Source of the DNA: Malacoraja senta
Lineage: Eukaryota
Direction of reading: 5' to 3'
Assembly (NCBI GenBank): GCA_038087875.1
Contig: CM075993.1
Span: 7,318,001 to 7,382,000, forward strand
Length of the DNA: 64,000 nt
Below the pieces are notes generated by a model. That model was given only the letters and a program-made list of their open reading frames with translations. It did not search any database and was not told the origin of the DNA. Each line of letters begins with the position of its first letter. Position 1 is the first letter of the stretch. The position numbers were made by a program, and so were the translations under genes. This document shows positions 1 to 11,450 of this stretch, piece after piece.

Positions 1-556
1 GAGTATTGTGTACAGTTTTGGTCTCCTAATCTGAGGAAAGACATTCTTGCCATAGAGGCAGTACAGAGAAGGTTTACCAGACTGATTCCTGGGATGGCAG
101 GACTTTCATATGAAGAAAGACTGGATAGACTCGGCTTGTACTCGCTGGAATTTAGAAGATTGAGGGGGGAATCTTATAGAAACTCACAAAATTCTTAAGG
201 GGTTGGACAGGCTAGATGCAAGAAGATTGTTCCCGATGTTGGGGAAGTCCAGAACAAAGGGTCACAATTTAAGGATAAGGGGGAAGTCTTTTAGGACCGA
301 GATGAGAAAAAAAAATTCACACAGAGAGTGGTGAATCTGTGGAATTCTCTGCCACAGAAAGTAGTTGAGGCCAGATCATTGGCTATATTTAAGAGGGAGT
401 TAGATGTGGCCCTTGTGGCTAAAGGGATCAGGGGGTATGGAGAGAAGGCAGGTACAGGATACTGAGTTGGATGATCAGCCATGATCATATTGAATGGCGG
501 TGCAGGCTCGAAGGGCCGAATGGCCTACTCCTGCACCTATTTTCTATGTTTCTATG
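1..556 (+). mobile_element. CR1-type LINE 3' fragment
   Basis: EYCVQFWSP...LEFRRLRG...FTQRVVNLWNSLP, 3' UTR ending in (TTCTATG)n. Confidence 0.9.
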
Positions 557-1448
557 TTTATTGTCAAGTGTACCGAGGTACAGTAAAACGTTTTTGTTGC
601 TTGCTAACAGTGGAAAGACAATCCATGATTACAATCGAGCCATCCACAGTGTACAGATACATGATAAGGGGATAACGTTTAGTGTAAGGTAAAGTCCGAT
701 TAAAAATAGTCTGAGGGTCTCCAGTGAGGTAGATAGTAGCTCAGGACTGCTCTCTAGTTGTTGATAGTCCCTCATCATGCATCTGTACGCTGTCAATGTA
801 TCGATTGTAATCATGTGGTAGACAAAAATGCTGGAGAAACTCAGCGGGTGAGGCAGCATCTATGGAGCGAAGGAAATAGGCAACGTTTCGGGTCGACCCT
901 GAAACGTTGCCTATTTCCTTCGCTCCATGGATGCTGCCTCACCCGCTGAGTTTCTCCAGCATCTTCAATTTTCCAGCATCTGCAGTTCCTTCTTAAACAT
1001 TGTAACCATGTATTGTCTTTCTGCTGACTGGTTAGCACGCAACAAAAGCTTCTCACTGTACCTCGGTACACGTGACAATGAACTCAACTGAACTGATAGG
1101 ATGGTTCATCAGTTGCCTAATAACAGCTGGGAAGAAGCTGTCCATGAATCTGTGGAGGTGTATGTTTCACACTTCTGCACCTCTTGCCTAATTACACATA
1201 AATTTCAAATAAATTATACATAAATTACATGCAAAATGGAAATAAATTACACATAAATTATACATAAATCACACACAAAGTGTTCACAGATTCTACGTAC
1301 ATTACACAGAAATTCTCTAAGAACTTGTATCTTCTGAAGAGGCCACTGAATGATATGATACTGAAACACGGAAAATAGGTGCAGGAGTAGGCCATTCGGC
1401 CCTTCGAGCCAGCACCACCATTCAATATGATCATGGCAGATCATCCAG

Positions 1449-1782
1449 GCAGGAAACATGTTCCCGATGTTGGGGGAGTCCGGAACCAGGGGCCACAGTT
1501 TAAGAATAAGGAATAAGCCATTTAGAGCGGAGACGAGGAAACACTTTTTCCTCAGAGAGAGTGGTGAGTCTGTGGAATTCTCTGCCTCAGAGGGCGGTGG
1601 AGGTGGGTTCTCTGGATGCTTTCAAGAGAGAGCTAGATGGGGCTCTTAAAAATAGCAGAGTCCGGGGATATGGGGAGAAGGCAGGAAAGGGGTACTGGTT
1701 GGGGATGATCAGCCATGATCACATTGAATGGCGGTGCTGGCTCGAAGGGCCAAATGGCCTACTCCTGCACCTATTGTCTATT
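1449..1782 (+). mobile_element. CR1 LINE 3' fragment (with inverted tail piece 1365-1445)
   Basis: MFPMLGESGTRGHSLRI...LWNSLPQRAV plus 3' UTR. Confidence 0.85.
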
Positions 1783-2221
1783 CTCTACTGGAAGTTGTAA
1801 AAATTGTCCAGTATAAAATTCTCCATTTATCAAGACAATCAACCTGCTGAGTATTTCCAGATTTTTTTTTCAAAATTGGTTTTTGAGAATTCAGATTGAG
1901 AATATTGAGAATATACTAACTGTTCACTTCCAAGTCTTGCAGATACATTTCTAATCCCTGTTAATCGCTAGTGAGACTAGTGATCATTATCACATGGAAG
2001 GGTTTGGAACCAAGACTGCGGTTGTTTCAAAGGACAAAAGGCTCTTGTGTGTTCGCTGGGGAATTAGCTCTGGGACTTTGCACTCAGCTGGAGAACAAAT
2101 AGCAAGTGCGTGAGAAGCTAATAACACGGTACAGTTCTGGTCTCTGAGCAACAGGGTGTGGTGGCGTTAGAGAGAGCAGAAGAAGTGTGTCAGCGTGTTG
2201 CCTGGAAGAGAGGGCTGTGTC

Positions 2222-2518
2222 TTAGTTTTAGTTTAGTGATACGGCGTGGAAACAGGCCATTCGGCCCACCGAGTCCGCGCCAACCAGTGATCCCCGCACA
2301 TTAACACTATCCCACACACCAGGGACAATTTTACACTTATAACAAGCCAATTAACCTATAAACCTTTGGAGTGTGGGAGGAAACCGGAGCACCCGGAGAA
2401 AACCCACGCAGGTCACGGGGAGAACGTGCAAACTCCGTACAGACAGCACCCGTTGTCAGGATCGAACCCGGGTTCCTGGCGCTGTGAGGCAGCAACTCTA
2501 CCACTGCGCCACCGTGCC
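2222..2518 (-). mobile_element. HE1-like tRNA-derived V-SINE
   Basis: A box (TGGCGCAGTGG), B box (GGTTCGATCC), V-core GTTCTCCCCGTG...GGTTTCCTCCCAC, (CTAAA)n tail. Confidence 0.88.
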
Positions 2519-2705
2519 GATATCTGCTTCTAAGGAGAGGTCGGATGGGTTGGGTTATTCTTACTGGAGTGTGGGAGGCTGAGAAATGATCTTTTAAAGG
2601 TTCATACAATTATCAAAGATTAGTTTAACCTGGCGTCATGCTCGGCATAGACATTGTGGGCCGAAGGGCCTGTTCCTGTGCTGTGCCCTTCTATGTTCCA
2701 TTATG

Positions 2706-3100
2706 GGCGGCACGGTGACGCAGCGGTAGAGTTGCTGCCTCACAGCGCCGGAGACCCGGGTTCAATCCTGACTGCGGGCGCCGCCTGTACGGAGTTTGTA
2801 TGTTCTCCCCGTGGGTTTCCTCCCACACTTCAAAGACGTACAGGTTTGTAGGTAAATGTATCAATGTAAATTATCCCTAGTGTGTGTCGGATAGTTTAGT
2901 TTAGAGATACAGCACGGAAACAGGCCCTTCGGCCCACCGAGCCCGCACTGACCAGCAATGCCCGCACATTAACACTATCCTACACGTACTAGGGACAATT
3001 TTACATTTTACGATGCCAAGATAGAGCGGGGATCGCTGGTCGGCGCGGACTCGATGGGCCGAAGGGGCTGTTTCCGTGCTGTATCTCTAAACTGAACTAA
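2706..3100 (+). mobile_element. V-SINE with a nested inverted SINE tail (about 2894-3020)
   Basis: Same diagnostic motifs. Confidence 0.82.
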
Positions 3101-3242
3101 AATGAGGGAAATAGGGTCGAGAGTCCTTTCCCCCAGCTTAGATGAGTTTAAAACTAGAGGGCATAGGTTTAAGCTGCGAGGAGAGACGTTTGAAGGAGAT
3201 CAGAGGGCCAGGTTATCTGGAATTAGCTGCCAGGGACGGTTC

Positions 3243-4045
3243 ATAAGTTCATATGGAATTGGAGCAGAATTAGGCCATTCAGCCCATCAAGTCGACCCCG
3301 CCATTCAATCATGGCTGATCTATCTCTCCCTTCTAACCCCATTCTCCTGCCTTCTCCCCATCACCTCTGACACCTTTACGAATCAAGAATCTCTCAATCT
3401 CAGCCTAAAATATATCCACTGACTTGGCCTCCACGGCCTTCTGTGGCAAAGAATTCCACAGATTCACCACCCTCTGACTAAAGACATTTCTCATCTCCTT
3501 CCTAAAAGGACGTCCTTTAATTTTGAGACTATAACCTCTCGTCTTAGACTCTCCCATAGTGGAAAATCCTCTCCACGTCCACTCTATCCAAGCCTTTCTG
3601 TACGTTTCAATGAGGTCCCCTCTCATTCTTCTACACTCCAGCGAGTAGAGATAGACCCAGAGCCGACAAACGCTCATCATTTGTTAACCCACTCATTCCT
3701 GGGATCATTCTTGTAAACCTCCTCTGGACCCTCTCCAGAGCCAGCACACCCTTCCTCAGATATGGGGCCCAATATTGCTCACAATATTCCCAATGCGGTC
3801 TTACCTGCACCTTATAGAGAGAGCCTCAACCCATTTCTCCTGCCTTCTCCCTGTAACCCGTACTAATCAAGCACCTGTGAATCTCCGCTTTAAATACCCA
3901 ATGTCTTGTCCTCCACATCTGTCTGTGGCAATAAATTGCACAGATTTGGAGAAAGAAAATCCTCATCGTCTCCTTTCTGCAGGTACGTGCTTTCATTCTG
4001 AGGTTGTGCCCTCTAGTCCTAGACTCTCCCACGAGTGGAAACATC
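3243..4045 (-). mobile_element. CR1 LINE 3' fragments
   Basis: LYSLECRRMRGDLIETY...SQRVVNLWNSLPQKAV on the minus strand. Confidence 0.85.
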
Positions 4046-4190
4046 ATTATAGAGCCTCAACCTCGTCCACAGATGGGAGAAGCAGACATAATAACAACGT
4101 TTACAAGATATATGCACAGGAAAGATTGCGGATTGTGAAGGACTAACGCCAATCCCGTCAGAACTTTTATCAACGCCCGGCTCGGCCACA

Positions 4191-4637
4191 GTTTTGTTTA
4201 GAGATACAGCGCGGAAACAGGCCCTTCGGCCCACCGGGTCCGTGCCAACCAGCGACCCCCGCATATCAACACTATCCTACACACACTAGAGACATTTTTT
4301 ACACATACACCAAGCCAATTGACCTACAAACCTTCAGTCTGAAGAAGGGTTTCGGCCCGAAACGTCGCCTATTTCCTTCGCTCCATAGATGCTGCCTCAC
4401 CCGCTGAGTTCCTCCAGCACTTTTATCTACCTTCGTTCTTCCAGCATCTGCAGTTCCTTCTTAAACCTACAAACCTCTGTACGTCTTTGGAGTGTGGGAG
4501 GAAACCGAAGATCTCGGAGAAAACCCACGCAGGTCACGGGGAGAACGCGCAAACTCCGTACAGACAGCACCCGTGGTCGGGATCGAACCCGGGTCTCTGG
4601 CGCTGTGAGGCAGCAACTCTACCGCTGCGCCACCGTG
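4191..4637 (-). mobile_element. V-SINE interrupted by a Penelope-derived hammerhead unit (about 4334-4463)
   Basis: ACCTACAAACCT is duplicated on both sides of the insert. Confidence 0.82.
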
Positions 4638-6043
4638 ACCGTTCATCATGAACAGTGTCCACTGGACCTGCGGGCGAGGGTCAGCCTGGAGCCCCGTTAC
4701 TGCTGGAGTTAACCCCCCCCCCCCCCCCCAAATCCAAAATCTACACCTTTACATTGGATCTGATCTTTTGTTGAATAGTTCTTCAGACTGAAGAAGGGTC
4801 TCGACCTGAAACATCAGCTCAACAGCTCACCCCCTCCATGACACACTGGTCAACCTGAGGAGCACCTTCAGCAACAGACTGGTTCCACCAAGATGCAGGA
4901 CAGAACGCCACAGGAGATCCTTCTTCCCTGTGGCTATCAAACAGGACAACTCCTCCCCCTTCTGTCGTGGGGTAGACTGAGTCTGACCCCCTCCCCAATC
5001 TTTGCACATCCCCAATCCTTTCCACTCGTCACTTTAATTCCATGTTTCATGTATTTGTGTCTTTCTGACAGTTGGCAGAACATGGATACGATAGAACTTG
5101 ATTGTATTCATCCCAAGAGGGGAGCTGCTCCCAAGATCCCAAGATCCCAACTTTCAGCTGATTTTTGTTTAGTTTAGAGATAGATACACAGCGTGGAGAC
5201 ACCGAGTCCGCGCCGACCAGCGACCACCCGGACATCAGTACCAAACATCTTATAGCTGAGCTCTGCTCTAAGATCTTTGACCAGTCCTATCCCACACACC
5301 ACACCCCAGGGACAATTAACCTACAAACTTGCAGTCTTTGAAATGTGGGAGAACGTATATTGTGTTGTGTTCAGTAGAACCCGATAGAAGTTGGGTTAGG
5401 GTTAGGGTTAGTTATATATATATATCACTTTTTTATATAAAGTTATATTTTAAAAAGTTATATACATATATATAACTTTTTTAAAGTGCAAAATCAACAG
5501 ATATATTCGGTTTAAACCAGCATCTGCCAGTTCCTTTACACATATATATAACTTTTTTTAACGTGCAAAATCAAAAATAATGCCCCAAGTCTACATAATG
5601 TGGAGCCTATTAGGAGGTTGGTGAACTATCTAAGCCTCTGCTAGACAAAATGCTGGAGAAACTCAGCGGGACAGGCAGCATCTGTGGAGCGAAGGAATAG
5701 GCGACGTTTCGGGTCTCATAGTTGTATAAACTTCTGTCTGAAGAAGGGTCTCGACCCGAAACGTCACCCATTCCTTCTCTCCACAGATGCTGCCTGTCCC
5801 GCTGGGTTACTCCAGCTTTTTGTGTCTATCTTCGGTTTAAACCAGCATCTGCAGTTCCTTCCTGCACATTGTGTCTCTTTATAAAACTTTCCTATCAGGT
5901 TGTGACTGTGTGTATTGGACTGAACACGGTAACTGGTGGCGATCCAGCGCCGCTTGCAGAGGCATCAGGCGGCAGGGATCAGGCGAGTTTATCCGGGATG
6001 AGATGCGACCACCCGCTCCGGATTGCTGGAGCTTTGCTTTGGG

Positions 6044-6046
<3 letters not shown>

Positions 6047-6082
<36 letters not shown>

Positions 6083-6094
6083 GGGGGGGGGGGG
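6047..6094. repeat. (TG)n microsatellite followed by a poly-G run
   Basis: Directly visible, just upstream of the TATA box. Confidence 0.9.
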
Positions 6095-6107
6095 TTCGGG
6101 GAGGGGG

Positions 6108-6113
6108 TATAAA
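6108..6113 (+). promoter_or_regulatory. TATA box of the CH25H-like gene
   Basis: GGGTATAAAGC 45 nt upstream of ATG 6153, at the start of a GC/CpG-rich region. Confidence 0.6.
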
Positions 6114-6152
6114 GCAGCCCTGGGAAGGTGGAGCAGCGACGAGGTGACCGGG

Positions 6153-6960
6153 ATGGGCGACAACTCCACACCCGCCCCGCCCGCCCTGCAGCCCTTGTGG
6201 GACCACGTCTCCTGCAGCAACGCTGGGCGGTGCAGAGCCCCACATTCCCCGTCCTCCTCTCCCTGTCGGGCTACCTCGCCTTCTGTCTTCCCTTCGCCGC
6301 CGCCGACCTGTTGGGGCCGCGACTGCCCGGCTTCCCCGGGTGGAAGATGCAGCGTTGGCGGCCGGGACTCGCCCCATGGCCCGGTGCTTGAGCCGAGCCC
6401 TCTGCAACCACCTCCTCTTCGTGCTGCCGGCCGTGGGGCTGAAGGGCTGGTGGTGGGACCCTTCGGCCCCTCCGCCCGCTGCTGCCCCCACCCTCTGCCA
6501 GCTGCTGGCCGGCGTTCTCAGCTGCCTGCTGGTGTTTGACCTCCAATACTACATCTGGCATGTGGTCCATCACTGGAACCGGCGGCTGTACCGGGCTGTC
6601 CACGCCACCCACCACCTCTACACTGCCCCTTTCTCCTGGGCCACCCAACAACTCGGGCCCTGGGAGCTCCTGACCGTCGGCTTCTGGAGCAGCACCACCC
6701 CGCTCCTCCTGAAGGTCCACCCTTGACCAGTTGGGTCTTCATGGTCTCCAGCGTCTGGCTGTCGGTGGAAGGACCACATCGGCTACGACCTCCCTTGGGG
6801 TCTCCACCGCCTGGTGCCCGGGGGGCTGGTGGGAGGTTCCCCGGCCCACGACCTCCACCACCGGGATCCCAACACCAACTTTGCCCCCTTCTTTACCCAC
6901 CTGGACCGGGCATTCGGCACCGCCTACAGCGACCAGAGACCAGGCAGCCTCCAGTGGTGA
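6153..6960 (+). CDS. CH25H-like: Cholesterol 25-hydroxylase-like (fatty acid hydroxylase/sterol desaturase family), single exon, with four 1-bp frameshifts in this assembly
   Basis: Stitched translation across frames: MGDNSTPAPPALQPLWDH / LLQQRWAVQSPTFPVLLSLSGYLAFCLPF... / ...FDLQYYIWHVVHHWNRRLYRAVHATHH...KVHP / LTSWVFMVSSVWLSVE / DHIGYDLPW...GGSPAHDLHHRDPNTNFAPFFTHLDRAFGT...GSLQW* (TGA 6958-6960). It has the LQPLWD, SPxFP and NFAPxFTH motifs and three His boxes of CH25H. TATAAA lies 45 nt upstream of the ATG. Confidence 0.9.
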
Positions 6961-7490
6961 TGAGACCCCCAGCCTACAGCGACCCTGGACCAGGCAGCCT
7001 CCAGTGGTGATGAGACCCCCAGCCACCACCTACAGCGACCAGACACACCTGAGACCAGGCAGCCTCCAGTGGTGATGAGACCCCCAGCCACCACCTACAG
7101 CGACCAGACACACCTGAGACCAGGCAGCCTCCAGTGGTGATGAGACCCCCAGCCACCGCCTACAGCGACCTGAGACCAGGCAGCCTCCAGTGGTGATGAG
7201 ACCCCCAGCCTACAGCGACCCTGGACCAGGCAGCCTCCAGTGGTGATGAGACCCCCAGCCACCGCCTACTGAGACCAGGCAGCCTCCAGTGGTGATGAGA
7301 CCCCCAGCCTACAGCGACCAGAGACACCTGAGACCAGGCAGCCTCCAGTGGTGATGAGACCCCCAGCCACCGCCTACTGAGACCAGGCAGCCTCCAGTGG
7401 TGATGAGACCCCCAGCCACCACCTACAGCGACCAGACACACTGGAACCAGGCAGCCTCCAATGGGGACGAGACCCCCAGCCACCAGCGAG
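6920..7490 (+). repeat. Minisatellite, about 10 variable units of roughly 50-65 bp, core CCAGGCAGCCTCCAGTGGTGATGAGACCCCCAG
   Basis: Core recurs near 6940, 6990, 7055, 7120, 7176, 7226, 7275, 7334, 7383 and 7448 (diverged). The first unit contains the CH25H-like stop codon. Confidence 0.95.
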
Positions 7491-8191
7491 TGAAGGAGGT
7501 TACTGTGGGTGGGCGCTGGTCTGGACAAGATGATAGACACAAGATACTGCCCGACAGCGCCAGGGGGAAGGAGTATTGAGCCGACCTTGTACAGACATCA
7601 GGAAGCATTTCCCCAACTCGTTGCCCCTTCTTGTCCAAAACAGTCACAAAGCGCCGGAGGGTCTTCAGCGGGTCGGGCAGCATCTGTGGAGGGGAATGGA
7701 CGGATGATGTTTCGGGTCGGGATCCTTCGTCAGACTCGCCCTGTGGTGGACGAGGGGACTCGGCCTCTCTGGGTCCATTGGGGGAGCCGTGGACGCTTCC
7801 ACAGATGGGCTAGGAGGCGGAAGAAGGAGGGAGTGGTGGGTCTAACTGCATGGTCTCAAGGTTCTCAATTACATCCTGAAAACATCTTCTACCTCCGACC
7901 CGCTGTGGACCAGAGGTTCCCACCAGTGGCGCAGCGCCAGAGACCAGGGTTCGATCCCGACTACGGGTGCTGTCTGTACGGAGTTTGTACGTTCTCCCCG
8001 TGACTGCGTGGGTTTTCTCCGGGTGCTCCGGTTTCCTCCCACACTCCCAAAGAGGTACAGGGTTTGTAGGTTGATTGGCTTTGGTAAAATTGTAAATGCT
8101 GGTCGGTACGGACTCGGTGGGCCGAAGGGCCTGTTTCCGCGCAGCATCTCTAAACTAAACTTGTTGAATCGGGAAAACAGTGAATATAATT

Positions 8192-8578
8192 TATAGAAAC
8201 ATAGAAAATAGGTGCAGGAGTAGGCCATTCGGCCCTTCGTGCCTGCACCGCCATTCAATATGATCATGGCTGATCATCCAACTCAGTATCCTGTACCTGC
8301 CTTCTCTCCATACCCCCTGATCCCTTTAGCCACAAGGGCCACATCTAACTCCCTCTTAAATATAGCCATTTGAACTGGCCTCAACTACCCTCTGTGGCAG
8401 AGAGTTCCAGAGATTCACCACTCTCTGTGTGAAAAATGTTTTTCTCATCTCGGTCCTAAAGGATTTCCCCTTAATCCTTAAACTGTGACCCCTGTCCCTG
8501 GACTTCCCAACATCGGGAACAATCTTCCTGCATCTTAGCCTGTCCAACCCCTTAAGAATTTTTGTAGTCCTATAAGAT
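8192..8578 (-). mobile_element. CR1 LINE 3' fragment
   Basis: Reverse complement of the 170-556 sequence. Confidence 0.85.
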
Positions 8579-9112
8579 CGGTTTTGATCTTGATTTTCAA
8601 ACTTCATTTGATAACATGCATAGGACAGGTTTGGAGGGATATGGACTAAACGCAGGCAGGGGGGACAGTGTAGCTGGACATGTTGGCCGGTGTAGGCAAG
8701 TTGGGCCGAAGGGCCTGTTTCCACACTGTATCATTCTATGGTCAAATACCTGTAATAGATTAGCGATAAGGATCAGAGAAGGTGGAGTAAAAGTCAAAGT
8801 GCTGGAGCAACTCAGCAGGCCAGGCAGCATCTGGAGAGGGAATGGATCAGAGAAGCGATCCCGTCTACCAAATATCAACATTCATACTTGGTCATCTCAC
8901 CTTATGTGTAGGAAGGAACTGCAGATGCTGATTTACATGGACGTGGAGTAACTCAGCGGGGACAGGCAGCATCACTGGAGGGAAGGAATGGGTGACATCT
9001 CGGGTTGAGACCCTTCTTCTGTCTGAGAAATTATCACCCATTCCTTCTCTCCAGAGATGCTGCCTGTCCCCGCTGAGTTACTCCCAGCATTTTGTATCTA
9101 TCCCCTTATGAT

Positions 9113-9312
9113 NNNNNNNNNNNNNNNNNNNNNNNNNNNNNNNNNNNNNNNNNNNNNNNNNNNNNNNNNNNNNNNNNNNNNNNNNNNNNNNNNNNNNNNN
9201 NNNNNNNNNNNNNNNNNNNNNNNNNNNNNNNNNNNNNNNNNNNNNNNNNNNNNNNNNNNNNNNNNNNNNNNNNNNNNNNNNNNNNNNNNNNNNNNNNNNN
9301 NNNNNNNNNNNN
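9113..9312. other. Assembly gap (exactly 200 N, probably nominal size)
   Basis: Run of N. Confidence 1.
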
Positions 9313-10637
9313 GTTTCTAAGTAAGTTTGCAAATGACAAATGAAAACATGAAAACATGGAACAAAGATATAAGTAGAAACAAGGAACTGCAGATGCTGGT
9401 TTACAAAAAAAGACACAAAGTACTGGAGTGACTTAGTGTGGGTCGGGCAGCATCTCTGGAGAACATGGATAGATGACGTTTCGGGTTGGGACCGTTCTTC
9501 AAATGTAAAATAGGTATTCTAACAAGTAGGCAGATGGAAACTTTGAATTCTAACATTGGTAAACTTGTGTACGACTAAAACTATAATTTTTGTGCTTCAT
9601 GTTTAGAGATTTCATGCAAAAATAAGTGAGAACAGCTGGAAGAATATCTACCACACAAAAAGCAGAACAATGTTTATACATTGTTAGAACATGTGTATCC
9701 ATAACGCCTATCAGATATAATACGTTTGATTAATTAGGGAACACTTTGTATTATGTGGGCCAAATTGGTTATAATGCAATTTTGATCAAGAACTCGAGAA
9801 CCACTTAAAAGTTACTTGGTCAATTGACATGCAGAGAAAAAAAAGCAGTCTTGAAAGGGGAAAAATAGACTCGAGGAGAAAAAGCTGTTTCCATGTAACC
9901 TTCTTGCAGCAATCAGGCATCTTTGTCTCTTAAATAATTGGTCAGTTTCACAGCAGGTGGCCATAGAAATTGAAAAGCAATCACTTCTATTGCAAGATAT
10001 TCCATTGAACAATATTACATGCAATCTTTAGTATTTTTTAGCTGGCAGTAACAAAAATAAACGTTTTGCTATTAAAATCTTTCCTTTTGAAAATCCTGCA
10101 GGAAAAATATTTTTTATATTGCTAGTCTGAAACTCTCTCGCCCCTAAACCCCCTTTCCCATTGACACAACTGTTTTTATGGCATGATTTTAGTTTAGTTT
10201 AGTTTAGAGAGACAGCACGGACACAGGCCCTTCGCCCAACAGGTCCACACCAACCAGCGATCACCCGTTTACATTAGCGATATGTTATCCCACCATGTCA
10301 TCCCAATTAAAATAGAAATTAGAGCACCTGGAGGAAACCCACGTGGTCACAGGGAGAACATGCAAACTCCACAGAGAGCAATGGAGGTCACGATCGAACC
10401 TGGGTCTCTGACGCTGAGGCAGCAGCTGTGCCAATGTACCTGCCCTTTTCTGTAACGCAAGGTCTCTTAAAAACCCAACTATTGTGTTATAGCAGAACTA
10501 CCTGTACTAGAAAGAGGAGATGCCATCCGGAATCGACTCACAGCCGTGCCCATTCTCAGCAAATGTAGTCTGAAGGCCTTAGAATCTTTACTGAGGTTTC
10601 TCGTTGTTCATAAATGTTTAATTTGAGAGAAATGGCA

Positions 10638-10942
10638 TGGCGGCACAGCGATAGAGTTGCTGCCTCACAGCGGCGGAGACACGGGTTTGACCCCGAACAC
10701 AAGTGATGTCGGTACGGAGTTTGTACGTTCCCTCCATGACCTGCGTGGGTTTTCTCCGAGACCTTTGTTTTCCTCCCACACTCCAAAGACGTACAGGTTT
10801 GTAAGTGAATTGGCTGGGTATGAGTGTAAATAGTTTCTAGTGTGTGTAGGATAGTGTTAATGTGCGGGGATCGCTGGTCGGTGCGGACTCGGTGGGCTGA
10901 AGGGCCTGTTTCTGTAGGGTACTGCATCTCTAAACCTAAAAC
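10638..10942 (+). mobile_element. V-SINE
   Basis: Diagnostic head, core and tail. Confidence 0.85.
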
Positions 10943-11426
10943 TTAAATATTGACCAAAATCATTAGTTTTGCGATTTAACAGGATAAATTTTAACTCTCG
11001 TTTCCTTGAGAAAAGGACTGTCAAGACTACATCCTTTCTGAAAAGACCTGGGTCGGAAACTGCCCGCGGACGGTCGACTGCTAGAAACTTAATTTGGATC
11101 AGATTAATTTGGAAGATGAATCAAGATATGGACAAAGATTTATTTTACACAAACAAGAAAACTGCTTTGTCTCAAAAGATCTGGCATCGAAGCTACTTAA
11201 ATCTGAAATTGCAAAAGCCTAAATGAGAGATTTCCCCTTCATGTTAACACAGCCTGAATCATAAGTTTAAAGGGACATTAATGAACCTGGTCACATTTAC
11301 ATGGTGTTTGGTCCCTAAAAGGTGGTCACTGGCTGCACTACAATCACCCAAGTAGATTGCTTGAACCTTTTACACCATTCTATCCTGTTCTGCTCTCTCG
11401 TTCCCTGACCAAACAGAGGGACTCAC

Positions 11427-11450
11427 CACATGTTGAGCACTTTGATGCAG
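11427..11450 (-). CDS. CSNK1G1: CSNK1G 24-nt micro-exon, (N)CIKVLNM(W)
   Basis: tctgttgtcttttctctttaaactctgtag|CTGCATCAAAGTGCTCAACATGTG|gtgagt. Phase 2/2, similar to the NCQKVLNMW insert of CK1 gamma-3. Confidence 0.8.

Noticed and set aside
5871..6539. 222-aa ORF and overlapping antisense ORFs
   Set aside because: Only MGDNSTPAPPALQPLWDH is homologous to CH25H. The rest is off-frame reading of GC-rich sequence.
6721..6772. Programmed frameshifting or UGA recoding in the CH25H-like gene
   Set aside because: Four independent indels with no slippery heptamer or evident SECIS. Sequencing error or decay is far more parsimonious.
6920..7490. Repeat-spacer appearance resembling a CRISPR array
   Set aside because: The intervening segments are permutations of the same modules, not unique spacers.
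9812..9850. Possible CSNK1G terminal exon (QDCFFFSACQLTK)
   Set aside because: The Cys-Phe-Phe reading is not in the phase required after the phase-2 donor, and there is no basic KRK tail.
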